Source of the DNA: Archaeoglobi archaeon
GTDB lineage: Archaea > Halobacteriota > Archaeoglobi > Archaeoglobales > Archaeoglobaceae
Length of the DNA: 64,000 nt
Direction: 5' to 3'
NCBI GenBank assembly: GCA_029259335.1
Contig: JAPDIY010000003.1
Location: 725-64,724, forward strand
This document shows, piece by piece, positions 1 to 10,415 of the stretch (position 1 is the stretch's first letter; the number at the start of each line of letters is the position of its first letter). The notes beneath the pieces are model-generated. The model was not told the origin of the DNA. It saw only the letters and a program-made list of their open reading frames with translations, and did not search any database. The position numbers were made by a program, and so were the translations under genes.

Positions 1-269
1 TCTACTCCATTTTTTCTCGATGAAATGTAGATTTCTGCCGAAATTTTTGCCGATTCCGCATCCATTTCGAGGACATCCAGAGACCTCAAAAGTGCCTCAA
101 AAGCTCTTCTTTCGGCATCTTTCCTCTTCAAGAGAATTCCGCACCACAGTTCAAACACCGTTACGGAGGTTATACAGACATTCTGATTTGAAAGCCTCTC
201 TTCAAGTTCTGTTGAGTCAACGTCTTCTCTCAGGATTTCAATCAGGATATTGGTGTCGAGACAGACCAT
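1..269 (-). CDS. vapC: VapC-type PIN-domain toxin (runs off window start)
   Basis: Not in ORF track; minus strand from ATG at 269 reads MVCLDTNILIEILRR (PIN DTN motif); start overlaps the antitoxin stop (TGATG). Confidence 0.85.
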   Translation of the reverse strand, partial: MVCLDTNILIEILREDVDSTELEERLSNQNVCITSVTVFELWCGILLKRKDAERRAFEALLRSLDVLEMDAESAKISAEIYISSRKNGV

Positions 270-475
270 CAAAACTCCTCCTTGATCTTCCTGTTCAACT
301 CATCTCTGACTCTGAGAATCTCCTCAGCAGTTTCTTTACTCAGAACTCCAGAAAATTCTTTTATCGTTGTTCTCCTTGCAAGCCGCTTTATCACATCGCT
401 GAAACTTTCGTTCTTCCTTTTCATGGATTTGAGCATCTCATACACTTCATCCGAAATGGATATCACTTTTGCCAT
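269..475 (-). CDS. vapB: VapB-type antitoxin (DUF217-like)
   Basis: MAKVISISDEVYEMLKSMKRKNESFSDVIKRL; 68 aa, directly upstream of the PIN toxin; start trimmed to ATG 475. Confidence 0.85.
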   Translation of the reverse strand: MAKVISISDEVYEMLKSMKRKNESFSDVIKRLARRTTIKEFSGVLSKETAEEILRVRDELNRKIKEEF

Positions 476-476
476 A

Positions 477-494
477 TGTACATATATATGTGCA
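477..494. promoter_or_regulatory. Palindrome just upstream of vapB, putative autoregulatory operator
   Basis: TGTACATATATATGTGCA with perfect core ACATATATATGT (480-491). Confidence 0.45.
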
Positions 495-535
495 AACATT
501 AAAATTTTTTGCATTGGTCTTTGAATATATCTCAT

Positions 536-650
536 CTAGTACTCCACAACCTCAAGCCCTTCTATTCTGCTGAAGTGCTTATCCCTTGTCGCAAGTTTCA
601 AGCTGATCCTCTCTCAACCTTTCTCGATTTTTGCTGAAATTCTGCCAAAT
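536..650 (-). pseudogene. Decayed second vapC (C-terminal remnant)
   Basis: Minus strand reads ...LKLATRDKHFSRIEGLEVVEY* (typical PIN C-terminus); stop codon upstream, no intact start. Confidence 0.65.
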
Positions 651-855
651 TGACTGTGAATTGTCTTTAGATTGTCATCTTTTGACATTTTTGTGCCAGA
701 TAATTTCCGTCAACTTATCGCGAAGATCTTCACGACTACCGGTAGGTCAAATAGATCAAAGAAGAAGTCCATGTGCTGAGGTGTCCGATATCTGGCAACC
801 GAAAATTTAAAATTTAGCTTTGATTCACTTCTTAAAAAGGAGGTATTGCAAGAAG

Positions 856-1161
856 ATGTCGGAAATCTGTCCGGTTTGCGGACTACCAAAAGATTTGTGT
901 GTCTGCGAGGAAGTGGCGAAGGAGCAGCAGTTTATTTTGATAAAAGTTGGCAAGAGGCGTTACGGCAAGGAAGTTACCATCATCGAGGGCATAGACAGCG
1001 GAGAGATAAATCTCGAAGAGCTGGCGAAATACCTGAAATCGAAGCTCGCGTGCGGTGGAACCGTGAAAAATGGAGCTATAGAACTACAGGGAAATCACGT
1101 GAACAGGGTGAAAGAGTTACTCATCAAAAAAGGGTTCAACCCGGATAGAATTAAAACTTAG
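856..1161 (+). CDS. sui1: Translation initiation factor aIF1/SUI1
   Basis: [45 protein letters not shown]. Confidence 0.95.
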   Translation: MSEICPVCGLPKDLCVCEEVAKEQQFILIKVGKRRYGKEVTIIEGIDSGEINLEELAKYLKSKLACGGTVKNGAIELQGNHVNRVKELLIKKGFNPDRIKT

Positions 1162-1606
1162 CCCTATCCGCAAACTCAATTATTTTTCTCATTATCTCTA
1201 TATCCCTCTCTTTCTCTTTCAGCCTTAACTCGAATATCTTCTCTCTGCAAGCCATGTAGGCGTCAAATGCTCTGAACATCAGCTCTTCAACCTTCAGATT
1301 GAATTTTAGCCTCTCTTCACCTCTTAAATTAAGCTCATTAGCTATCATCTCTCTCAACTCAGAAATTAATTTAACACTCTCTCCCGGACTCAAGTTTCTG
1401 TCAGTCGCCAAAAACCTCATCAAATCGTCCAACGCCTCGTCAATATCCACTTTCCCCCCCTCATGCAGCATCAGAACTGCATCAACTATCCTGCTTGCAG
1501 CATCTTCGATGTAATCCACCACTTCCAAAACAGGCTTCACCGGATATCCAGCAAGAATTTTATCCACCCATGCCTTTACAGTTTTTTCCTTCACTTTATT
1601 CTCCAT
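1151..1606 (-). CDS. RsbRD N-terminal-domain (DsrT-like) protein
   Basis: Helical ~150 aa; [19 protein letters not shown] motif typical of RsbRD_N/DsrT. Confidence 0.55.
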   Translation of the reverse strand: MENKVKEKTVKAWVDKILAGYPVKPVLEVVDYIEDAASRIVDAVLMLHEGGKVDIDEALDDLMRFLATDRNLSPGESVKLISELREMIANELNLRGEERLKFNLKVEELMFRAFDAYMACREKIFELRLKEKERDIEIMRKIIEFADRAKF

Positions 1607-1671
1607 GGTCGGTTGTTGGTAGCATGACATAAGAAGATAACCTTTTAAGTTGCATTCAGTAAAACCTGCAC

Positions 1672-3372
1672 ATGAGCGACATCATGGAGATGCTGGTGAG
1701 ACGTGGATTCCTCTGGCAGTCCTTTGAAATTTACGGTGGTATGGCAGGCTTCATTGATTACGCTCCTCTTGGAAATAACCTAAGGAGAAAGATTGAAAAC
1801 ATATGGCGGAAGTATTTTGTGATCAACGAGAGAGCAGTAGAGATCGACACACCGACCATAGGAATTGAAGAGGTTTTCATAGCCTCTGGTCATGCTACAT
1901 CTTTCACCGATGTGGCGATCGAGTGTGAAAACTGCGGGAGAGTTTACAGGGCAGACCACTACGTAAAGGAAAAGCTGGGAATAGAGGTTGATGAGACAGT
2001 TGAAGCTGTAAAGGAAGTTATGGATGTCTATGATTTGAAATGCGAGTGTGGCGGGAAATTCAAGGAGCCCGCTCCGATGAATTTGATGTTCTCCACAAAA
2101 ATTGGACCAGGAAAGGGAAAGAAAGGTTATCTTCGCCCTGAGACAGCACAGGGTATGTTTGTAGATTTCAAGAGGCTTGCAGGTTACTTCAGGGAAAAGT
2201 TACCTTTTGGCGTCGCTCAGATTGGAAGGGCCTACAGAAATGAGATCAGTCCAAGGCAGGGTGTTATAAGACTCAGAGAGTTCAATCAGGCTGAACTTGA
2301 ATTTTTCGTCCACCCTGCAGAGAAGACACACCCCGATTTTTCTCAAGTGGCCAGTGATAAAGTAAAGCTCGTTGACAAGTTCGATAACGAGCATGAGATG
2401 ACTCTCTCAGAAGCTGTAGAGAAGGGTATCATCGCGAACCAGATTTTAGGATACTTCATAGGTAAGACAAGGAGATTTCTACTTGAGATTGGAATTAATG
2501 AGGATAAGCTGAGGTTCAGGCAGCACAAGGATGATGAAAGGGCTCATTATGCGACTGACTGCTGGGATGCTGAAGTTGAGACGAGTTACGGCTGGATAGA
2601 GGTTGTTGGGATCGCAGACAGGACGGATTACGATTTAAAGAAGCATTCGGAGTACAGCGGTGAGGATCTGACAATTTTCGTACCCTACACCCAGCCCGTA
2701 AAGGTAAAGAGGAGGAGACTGGTGCCGAAAATGAACAAAATCGGTCCTACCTTCAAGGAAAAAGCGAAGAAGATTGCTGAGGCTTTCTCAACTTTCAATG
2801 TGAATTCTGATGCTGATGAGATTGAGATTGTGGTTGATGGTGAGCGAATAAAGATCAGTAAAGAGTTTTTTGACATTGAAGAGGTTGAGGAGGAAATTGC
2901 GGGCGAAAAAATAGTGCCGCATGTAATCGAACCTTCATTTGGGCTTGACAGAATAAGCTATGCAGTTCTTGAGCACGCCTACGATAAGGATGTGGTTGAC
3001 GGAGAAGAGAGAAGGGTGCTGAGATTAAAAAGGAAAGTGAGTCCAGTTGAGGTCGCAGTACTCCCTCTACTTTCGAGAGAACCCTTCGAGTCGAAGGCTC
3101 AGGAAATAGTATCTCTTCTGCGATCTAAAGGCATTTACACAGAATACGACGATTCTGGGAGCATAGGCAGAAGATACAGAAGATTTGATGAGATAGGCAC
3201 TCCTTTCTGTATCACAGTTGACCATCAGACGTTCGATGATGATACTGTTACTATAAGGGACAGAGACACGACAAGGCAGGTGAGGGTTAAAATTGAGAGT
3301 TTACCGACAATCTTAAAGGAGTTGCTTGAAAGTGAGAGAGATATCACCGAATTCGGTGAGGTGTTCAGGTAG
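1672..3372 (+). CDS. glyS: Glycyl-tRNA synthetase
   Basis: [47 protein letters not shown]. Confidence 0.97.
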   Translation: MSDIMEMLVRRGFLWQSFEIYGGMAGFIDYAPLGNNLRRKIENIWRKYFVINERAVEIDTPTIGIEEVFIASGHATSFTDVAIECENCGRVYRADHYVKEKLGIEVDETVEAVKEVMDVYDLKCECGGKFKEPAPMNLMFSTKIGPGKGKKGYLRPETAQGMFVDFKRLAGYFREKLPFGVAQIGRAYRNEISPRQGVIRLREFNQAELEFFVHPAEKTHPDFSQVASDKVKLVDKFDNEHEMTLSEAVEKGIIANQILGYFIGKTRRFLLEIGINEDKLRFRQHKDDERAHYATDCWDAEVETSYGWIEVVGIADRTDYDLKKHSEYSGEDLTIFVPYTQPVKVKRRRLVPKMNKIGPTFKEKAKKIAEAFSTFNVNSDADEIEIVVDGERIKISKEFFDIEEVEEEIAGEKIVPHVIEPSFGLDRISYAVLEHAYDKDVVDGEERRVLRLKRKVSPVEVAVLPLLSREPFESKAQEIVSLLRSKGIYTEYDDSGSIGRRYRRFDEIGTPFCITVDHQTFDDDTVTIRDRDTTRQVRVKIESLPTILKELLESERDITEFGEVFR

Positions 3373-4265
3373 TGCTCGTTCTGTCAGGCGGAACGGGGAC
3401 TCCCAAGCTTTTGCAGGGGTTAAAGGAAGTCTGCGATTTCTGGGTAGTTGTGAATACAGCCGAAGATGTGTGGGTTTCCGGAAACAAGATATGTCCCGAC
3501 ATTGATTCCGTGATCTACGCCCTCGCTGAAATTATTGATAATAAGAAATGGTGGGGGATAAAGGGCGATACCTTCACGACCCATGAAAGGCTGAAAGCTC
3601 TTGGATTTAATGAGGGGATGAGGATAGGAGATCTGGACAGAGCAACGCACATACTGAGAAGTGAGGCTTTGAGAAGTGGAAAGAGTTTGTGCGAAGCAAC
3701 ACAAATCGTTGCAAGAGCTTATGATGTTAGAAACAGAATTTACCCGATGTGTGAGGAAGAGGTTTCGACCATCATCGTAACGGATGAGGGAGAGATGCAC
3801 TTTCAGGAGTTCTGGGTGACGAGGAAAGGAGAACCTGAAGTTTTGGATGTCAGATTTGAGAACATAGAGAGAGCGAGGATACCTGAGGTTGTGAAAAAGA
3901 AACTGAGGAAAGAGGACGAAGTATTGATAGGGCCGAGCAATCCAATAACGAGCATTCTGCCGATTTTGAGTGTTGAGGACTTTGCAGAGAGGCTTAAGGA
4001 CAAAAAAGTAATAGCAGTCTCGCCAATCGTTGGAAACAAGCCATTCAGCGGTCCAGCAGGAAAGCTGATGAAGGCAAAGGGCTTTGAAGTCTCACCGAAG
4101 GGTGTCTTCGACGTTTACAGCAACTTCCTCGACTTACTTGTGGTTGACACAGAAGATTCAAATCTCGAATCGAATAACATAGTTTCAACCAACACTTTAA
4201 TGAAATGCAAGGAGGATGCCGTCAGACTTGCAGAATTCGTTGTAAAGCTCTTCGATTGTATATGA
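3372..4265 (+). CDS. cofD: 2-phospho-L-lactate transferase (F420 biosynthesis)
   Basis: [43 protein letters not shown]. Confidence 0.93.
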   Translation: MLVLSGGTGTPKLLQGLKEVCDFWVVVNTAEDVWVSGNKICPDIDSVIYALAEIIDNKKWWGIKGDTFTTHERLKALGFNEGMRIGDLDRATHILRSEALRSGKSLCEATQIVARAYDVRNRIYPMCEEEVSTIIVTDEGEMHFQEFWVTRKGEPEVLDVRFENIERARIPEVVKKKLRKEDEVLIGPSNPITSILPILSVEDFAERLKDKKVIAVSPIVGNKPFSGPAGKLMKAKGFEVSPKGVFDVYSNFLDLLVVDTEDSNLESNNIVSTNTLMKCKEDAVRLAEFVVKLFDCI

Positions 4266-5110
4266 TAAACCTCACAGAGATCAAGAAGATGCTGAGAAAA
4301 ATGGAGTATCCAAAGCACTGCATACATTGTGAGGGAATAGATGAGAAAATCGAGAATCCAGTCCATCATCCGAGCTATGAGATCACTGCTGCCTGCAACC
4401 TCAATTGCATCTTCTGCTATTCCAAAGTTGCAGAGATTAAGGGCTCTGCCCCAAAGCCAGGTTACTACGGTACTCTTGAGCCAAAGGCAATAACCATATC
4501 CCAGTACGGAGAGCCCTTTGTCGTCGGTACCGAAAAGGTTGTGGAGATAATCAGAAAGTTGCGCGAACAATTTGGCGAGGTGAGGATTGACATTCAGACC
4601 AATGGAACCCTGCTTGACCCTTCAAAGCTAGGCAGTGAGGCTGATATAGTTATGATAAGCCTTGATGCTGGTAGCAGGGAGAAATACAGGGAGATCACAG
4701 GTACTGATCTCTTCGAAAAGGCTGTCAAAAGCATTGAGCAAATGGCCAGCCAAACCTACACCATTGTTAGAACAGTTTTCATGCCAAGTGTAAATAACGG
4801 AGAGCTTGAAAGTATAGCCGAAGTGGCATCCATCGCCGACGAGCTTTTCCTGCAGCCCTTGTCGATATACAGGGAGAATAAGAAGCTTTTAGAGTTGATT
4901 GATGTCGAAAGGTCAGAAAGTATCGGTGAGTTTCTGGAAGCTGCTTACAGGCTTTCCGAAACAGCAGAAGTAAGAATTCCCGGATGCTTGCTGCTGAACA
5001 TTCGAAGTTTTCTTAAGAAGTACGATATAGGGGATCTCATGCTCGTAAAAAGGAACGCTTTTGGCAGCGTTCCTGTCATGCAGAGGGAATGGAAGTTCAG
5101 ACTTCAGTAA
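4262..5110 (+). CDS. Radical SAM protein
   Basis: CNLNCIFC motif; QTNGTLL; start trimmed to ATG 4262. Confidence 0.85.
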   Translation: MINLTEIKKMLRKMEYPKHCIHCEGIDEKIENPVHHPSYEITAACNLNCIFCYSKVAEIKGSAPKPGYYGTLEPKAITISQYGEPFVVGTEKVVEIIRKLREQFGEVRIDIQTNGTLLDPSKLGSEADIVMISLDAGSREKYREITGTDLFEKAVKSIEQMASQTYTIVRTVFMPSVNNGELESIAEVASIADELFLQPLSIYRENKKLLELIDVERSESIGEFLEAAYRLSETAEVRIPGCLLLNIRSFLKKYDIGDLMLVKRNAFGSVPVMQREWKFRLQ

Positions 5111-5141
5111 CATATTTTTAACCTTCTGCATCCCAACCATT

Positions 5142-5606
5142 ATGAGATTCGCTGCCATAAGTGACACGCACGACAATCTAGAGGCTGTAAGGGAATTGAT
5201 TGATGCTCTGCGGAGGGAAAAGTTGGATTTTGTTGTCCATGCCGGTGATGTCATATCGCCCTTTACACTGAAAGAGTTCGAGAGTCTTGGTTTGAAGTTG
5301 TACATAGCCTTTGGAAACAACGATGGAGAAAAGAACATCCTGACGCAGATTGCGGAAAAGAACGGATGGGAAATTGGAGACATTGTAGAATTCCCTGCTG
5401 GAATAGTGTATCACGGCACGGACAGAAGAATTCTGGAGATTCTGAAAAAGACGGGGGGTTTAATTGTCACAGGACACACTCACGAGCCTAAAGTTGTCAG
5501 GGAAAAGACAGTCATTCTGAATCCGGGTGAGGTTTGTGGTTATCTGACAGGCAAAAGAACTTTTGCCATTGTCGAAGATGGAGATGTGAGTCTGATTGAT
5601 CTGTGA
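5142..5606 (+). CDS. YfcE-family metallophosphoesterase
   Basis: SDTHDN, HAGD, GNND, GHTH, NPGE. Confidence 0.9.
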   Translation: MRFAAISDTHDNLEAVRELIDALRREKLDFVVHAGDVISPFTLKEFESLGLKLYIAFGNNDGEKNILTQIAEKNGWEIGDIVEFPAGIVYHGTDRRILEILKKTGGLIVTGHTHEPKVVREKTVILNPGEVCGYLTGKRTFAIVEDGDVSLIDL

Positions 5607-5648
5607 AAACTGAAAAACCTTAATTAAGCTTCAGTCAACTCTGACTCC

Positions 5649-6416
5649 ATGGGCATACTAAGAGTTGTAAATCTCGGTGTTGAAGTTGGCGAAAGGAAGA
5701 TACTGAAAAATGTTAATCTGTATATCAAGTCCGGAGAGACTTTCGTCCTGTTCGGCCCCAATGGTTCGGGAAAATCGACTTTACTGAACGCAATCATAGG
5801 AAATCCCACATACAGGGTTGTTAGCGGTAGAATAATGTTCAAGAAGATAGACGTGACAAATCTGCCAACCAATGAAAGGACAAAGCTTGGAATAGGCATC
5901 GCGTTCCAAAACCCACCGAAAATCAGCGGTGTAAAGCTTATAGATGTTCTGAGATTCTGTGCGAGAATTGGCGGGTATACAGAGGAAAAGATACTGGAAC
6001 TCGCTGAGAAGATGAATATGGTCAATCACCTTTACCGGGAGATAAATGTTGGTTTCTCAGGCGGTGAGGTCAAGAGATCGGAGTTGCTGCAGCTTATGCT
6101 CATGAACCCCGACTTAATTCTGCTCGATGAACCTGACAGCGGTGTGGACCTCGAAAATGTTGCGTTGATTGGAGAGGCAATCAACGAGCTTCTTGAGAGG
6201 GATAAGAACGCGGAGAGCAGGGAAAAGTCGGGGATCATCATTACGCATCAGGGACACATACTTGACTATGTTGACGCTGATTATGCTGCGATACTCTACA
6301 ATGGCAGAATAGCATGTATTGGCGAGCCGGAGGATATTCTGAATCAGATAAGAAACCATGGCTATGAGGGGTGTATGGCAAGATGTCTGAGGAATATGAA
6401 CGAGAACTCGGGGTAG
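5649..6416 (+). CDS. sufC: SufC/SmsC-like Fe-S assembly ABC ATPase
   Basis: GPNGSGKST, GFSGGEVKRSE, DEPDSGVD; upstream of SufB-like gene. Confidence 0.9.
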   Translation: MGILRVVNLGVEVGERKILKNVNLYIKSGETFVLFGPNGSGKSTLLNAIIGNPTYRVVSGRIMFKKIDVTNLPTNERTKLGIGIAFQNPPKISGVKLIDVLRFCARIGGYTEEKILELAEKMNMVNHLYREINVGFSGGEVKRSELLQLMLMNPDLILLDEPDSGVDLENVALIGEAINELLERDKNAESREKSGIIITHQGHILDYVDADYAAILYNGRIACIGEPEDILNQIRNHGYEGCMARCLRNMNENSG

Positions 6417-7483
6417 ATACGGAGAAGCTGAAAGAAGTAGGAATAGAGCTCGACAAGTCCAAGAGATCTGGCACTTTCCTGCTGGAGGATCAGGAGACAA
6501 AGACCTTCGCATCCTTCTTTGAAGGAGTTGAAGTGATGAGCATAAGAGATGCGATGAAAAAGTACGACTGGGTGAAGAACTATTTCTGGAAGCTCTTGGA
6601 CAGGAACCAAGATGAGTACACGAGAGAAGCGGATACAGAAGATGTTAACGGCTACTTTATAAGAGCGCTGCCGGGTGCGAAGGTTGAGATTCCTGTAGAG
6701 GCCTGTCTTTACCTTAAAAAGGCTGAGAAGCAGAAGGTTCACAACATAGTGGTTGCCGAGGAGAATTCGGAACTCAATATTATCTCAGGCTGCACATCCC
6801 ATCCCGGCGTTACGGGGATGCACATCGGCCTCTCTGAGTTCTTCGTAAAAAAGGATGCCAAGCTTTCCTTTACGATGATTCATAGCTGGGAGCCAACTAT
6901 AGAGGTTAGACCAAGAACTGCTATTCATATTGATGAAGGGGGGAGTTTTATTAGCAACTACATTCTGCTGAATCCCGTGAAGCTCGTTCAGACGTATCCC
7001 ACAGCGTATCTCGAAAAAGATGCGAGGGTTGTTTTTAACAGTGTAATAGTCGCTCTTGAGGGTAGTACAATTGATTCTGGGTCAAGAGCTGTATTGAGGG
7101 GGGAAAATAGCAGTGCAGAGATTGTTTCGAGGGCTATCAGCAAGGGTGGAAAGGTTATTGCCAGAGGACATATAATCGGCGATGCTCCTGAGGTTAAGGG
7201 GCATCTTGAGTGCAAGGGGCTGATGCTTTCCGAGAATGGTCTGATTCACGCCATCCCTGAGCTTGAGGCGAAGTATCCCAATGTGGAGCTTAGCCACGAG
7301 GCGGCTATAGGCAAGATAGCGGAGGAAGAGATATTCTACCTAATGTCCCGTGGCCTGAGCAAGGATGAAGCAACATCAGCGATTGTGAGAGGCTTCATGG
7401 AGATAGAGATAAAAGGGCTTCCCGACCCGCTGAAGGAGGCAATTGACAGAACCATAGAGATGGCAGAAAAGGATTTGCTGTAA
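6371..7483 (+). CDS. sufB: SufB/SufD (SmsB) Fe-S scaffold
   Basis: GHLECKGL, AIPELEA, SHEAAIGKI, YLMSRGL. Confidence 0.9.
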   Translation: MYGKMSEEYERELGVDTEKLKEVGIELDKSKRSGTFLLEDQETKTFASFFEGVEVMSIRDAMKKYDWVKNYFWKLLDRNQDEYTREADTEDVNGYFIRALPGAKVEIPVEACLYLKKAEKQKVHNIVVAEENSELNIISGCTSHPGVTGMHIGLSEFFVKKDAKLSFTMIHSWEPTIEVRPRTAIHIDEGGSFISNYILLNPVKLVQTYPTAYLEKDARVVFNSVIVALEGSTIDSGSRAVLRGENSSAEIVSRAISKGGKVIARGHIIGDAPEVKGHLECKGLMLSENGLIHAIPELEAKYPNVELSHEAAIGKIAEEEIFYLMSRGLSKDEATSAIVRGFMEIEIKGLPDPLKEAIDRTIEMAEKDLL

Positions 7484-7543
7484 TCAGAGAGTACAGCCGT
7501 CATCATCGCAAAGCTCAGATTCTGCCAGATTCATCATCGATCC
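7481..7543 (-). ncRNA. C/D box guide sRNA (double guide)
   Basis: Minus strand: box C ATGATGA (7531-7537), 12 nt guide, D' CTGA (7515-7518), C' ATGATGA (7500-7506), 12 nt guide, D CTGA (7484-7487). Confidence 0.85.
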
Positions 7544-7705
7544 TTTTACTTTTTCACTCGTTTAAAGTGTTTTCCTATTCTTCTAACCTTTTTATATTTC
7601 CATTTTGGAGGAAACTAGCCGCCCCAACATGCACACCAGACTTGTAACCACTTTGGGGCAAACCGAAAAGGAAAAATTTTAAGGCTCCAATATAAACCCA
7701 ACACG

Positions 7706-8827
7706 ATGAGAGAAGCAGGAAGGCTTTCCCAGATTTCAACCTCAATGATACGTAAGATGTTCGAGATCGTCGAAAAGGCAAAAAAAGAGGGTAGGGATAT
7801 CGTCAGTCTCACTATAGGCGAACCCGACTTTGACACCCCCAGAGAGGTCATTGAGAGAGCATGCAAGGCTATGAATGCCGGTTATACACACTACACCTCA
7901 AACTTTGGCCTTGAAGAGCTGAGGGAGGCCATTGCTGAGAAATATGGAGTTTCCATTTCAAATGTAATGGTGACCGCAGGTGGTAGTGAAGCCCTGATCA
8001 ACGCATCTCTTGCATTCATCGAGGAAGGTACCAGAGTTGTAATTCCCACCCCCAACTTCCTCAGCTACTTCACTTACGCCAAGATGTGCGGAGCCAAGAT
8101 CGAGCAGGTGAAGACTCACGACACCAACTATACTCCCGATCCTGACAGGATTAACGAGGTTATGGATAGAGACGTGAGCGTTGTGTTCCTAAACTATCCC
8201 AACAACCCAACAGGTGCGGTGATAAGCGAGAGGGACGCGAGGGCGATAGTAGAGATTGCCGCAGACAACGGTGCAGTAGTCGTGAGCGACGAGATATACG
8301 ACCAGATTTACTACGATGTAAAGCCAGCATCGCTTGCTGGCTACGAAAATGTTGTATGCGTAAATGGATTCTCAAAGTCACTCGCCATGACAGGGTGGAG
8401 GATTGGATTTACGATAGCAGATGAAAAGCTGCTCGATTCGATGCTGAAAGTTCATCAGGTCAACGGTGTCTGCGCTCCAGCCTTTGCCCAGAAAGCAGTT
8501 GCAGAGGTGATGGCAGAAGGCATATTTGATAAACTCCTTTCCCGAATGGTCTCCGAGTTCAGAAAGCGAAGGGACTACGTTTACTCAGAACTGAGCAAAA
8601 TATACGATGTAATCAAGCCGGAGGGGGCTTTTTACATGTTCATAAACGTTAAGGAGGATTGCATGGTCTATGCTGAAAAACTGCTGGAATATGGAGTTGC
8701 CGTAACCCCCGGACTGCCGTTCGGAGATTACAATGAGACCTACGTTAGGATAAGCTATGCCAATTCGATGGAGAACCTGAAAAAGGCTGTTGACGGTATA
8801 AAGAACTATGAGAGTCAGAGAGCTTGA
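7706..8827 (+). CDS. Class I/II PLP-dependent (aspartate-type) aminotransferase
   Basis: IGEPDF, NYPNNPTG, SDEIY, GFSKSLAMTGWRIG. Confidence 0.93.
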   Translation: MREAGRLSQISTSMIRKMFEIVEKAKKEGRDIVSLTIGEPDFDTPREVIERACKAMNAGYTHYTSNFGLEELREAIAEKYGVSISNVMVTAGGSEALINASLAFIEEGTRVVIPTPNFLSYFTYAKMCGAKIEQVKTHDTNYTPDPDRINEVMDRDVSVVFLNYPNNPTGAVISERDARAIVEIAADNGAVVVSDEIYDQIYYDVKPASLAGYENVVCVNGFSKSLAMTGWRIGFTIADEKLLDSMLKVHQVNGVCAPAFAQKAVAEVMAEGIFDKLLSRMVSEFRKRRDYVYSELSKIYDVIKPEGAFYMFINVKEDCMVYAEKLLEYGVAVTPGLPFGDYNETYVRISYANSMENLKKAVDGIKNYESQRA

Positions 8828-9371
8828 AAAAAGTGATGTCAGGGATGCAGTGAGAATTTTAGTTCTATCTTTTGATAGAGAGCTCAACGGAATTTTTAAT
8901 GATGTTGAGCTTGCGAGAGAGCTGCTTTTCAAGTTCTTTTCAGATTACTCCGAAAATTGCTTTGTTGCAGAGGGGGGAAGGGTGGTAGGATTCGCATCAT
9001 ACTCCACCAGAAAGATGCCTGTGTCAAAATTCCTGAGAAGGGAGCTCGGATTCGTCAAGGGCATCAAAACCTCTCTCCTTATTGACTACCTCTGTCCAAA
9101 GCCCAAGAAGGGAGAAGGAACTATCAATTTTATAGTTGTGTCACCGCTGAGGAGGAACAGTGGTGTTGGATCAACACTGCTCAGCAGAATAATAGAGGAT
9201 GCGAGAGAGAAAGGTGTTAGAAGCCTTAAATCATACGTCTCAGTTGAAAACGACGCTGGAATAGGTCTGTTTACAAAATTTGGATTTGAAATTGAGAAGA
9301 TGCTTGATAACAGCTTCGCTGAGAAAAATTTCGGCCAGAAGCAGTGGTATCTGATGAGGCTGGAGCTTTAG
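8808..9371 (+). CDS. GNAT N-acetyltransferase
   Basis: VSPLRRNSGVGSTLL, N..GIGLFTKFGF. Confidence 0.85.
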   Translation: MRVRELEKSDVRDAVRILVLSFDRELNGIFNDVELARELLFKFFSDYSENCFVAEGGRVVGFASYSTRKMPVSKFLRRELGFVKGIKTSLLIDYLCPKPKKGEGTINFIVVSPLRRNSGVGSTLLSRIIEDAREKGVRSLKSYVSVENDAGIGLFTKFGFEIEKMLDNSFAEKNFGQKQWYLMRLEL

Positions 9372-10196
9372 CTAAATCCCAAGCCTTCCGAGCATTCTGC
9401 TTGAGAGTGACAGAGAGTAATGTTTTACCAGCTTTTCTATTCCCGGATTGGCTACAATTTCCACATCCGACTCCGAAATGTCGAACATCTGCATTGCAAG
9501 CATCAAATGCTGAATTTCAGATGGACTAAAGCCCATTAGCTTTGCACCAACGATGTCAGCAGCGATAACATTATCGCTCGCGATCAGCACCTCATGTTTT
9601 ACAGGTTTTGGATGCATTTCAGAGTTTGTGCCGCCGATTATGCCATCTATTATGACGAAGGATGGCTGAAAAAAGCTCAAAAGGTCAACGAGCTTCTGAT
9701 GGATGTTTCTGTGCATGTAAATGGCTGGCTTCTTCAGAAAGCCCATGTTGTTCTTTATCCCCAAAGTGACCTTTGTCAGATGGTGAACCTTGAGTTTCGG
9801 GACAGTTAAATAGCTCCCTCTCGCCTTCAAAGCCGTCTTTGCAACCTTCACACTTTTCAGTGCTTCACCACCAATTTCCACATCGACAAATTCATCAGCA
9901 TTGAGATTTACGCACTCAGCCACCTCTTTAAGCCCGAACTCCACAAAGCATTTTTCAGCAGAATCTCTGTAGAAGCCACCCTCAATGACCTTTAAGTCCT
10001 CCATCCCACACTCTCTCGCCACATTGATTATTGCCTTTATCAAATCCGGATGGGTTACGCAGCCGTTCTCCGGATCATCGAACTTGAGGAAGTTGGGCTT
10101 CAGATATTTGAATTCGGGATTGAACAACTCAAATGCTTTCTCAACGAACTTCCCAGCATCTCTGTAGCTTTCAACCCTCTCAACAAAAACCCTCAT
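9372..10196 (-). CDS. DUF362 family protein
   Basis: LKPNF, THPDLIKA, PKLKVH, TLGIKN, IIDGI. Confidence 0.85.
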   Translation of the reverse strand: MRVFVERVESYRDAGKFVEKAFELFNPEFKYLKPNFLKFDDPENGCVTHPDLIKAIINVARECGMEDLKVIEGGFYRDSAEKCFVEFGLKEVAECVNLNADEFVDVEIGGEALKSVKVAKTALKARGSYLTVPKLKVHHLTKVTLGIKNNMGFLKKPAIYMHRNIHQKLVDLLSFFQPSFVIIDGIIGGTNSEMHPKPVKHEVLIASDNVIAADIVGAKLMGFSPSEIQHLMLAMQMFDISESDVEIVANPGIEKLVKHYSLSLSSRMLGRLGI

Positions 10197-10199
10197 TTA

Positions 10200-10330
10200 A
10201 GGGATATCCAGTATCAGGTTTAAAATATTTCTTCTCCACAATCACACCATGTCCAGCGTCCCTGAGTATGACGAGCTTTGCATTTTGGATGATCTCGGAT
10301 ATTTTTACCTGCTGTTCTCCAGAAGGAATG
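10200..10330 (-). pseudogene. Alpha/beta hydrolase C-terminal fragment
   Basis: IQNAKLVILRDAGHGVIVEK resembles the catalytic-His segment of alpha/beta hydrolases; remainder absent. Confidence 0.4.
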
Positions 10331-10415
10331 TCTCTGAGGGTGCGTACAATCTTAATACTTTTTTGGAAGAATGGTATACCAAAATCCATATTAGAATCCC
10401 CTGAACATTCACTGC

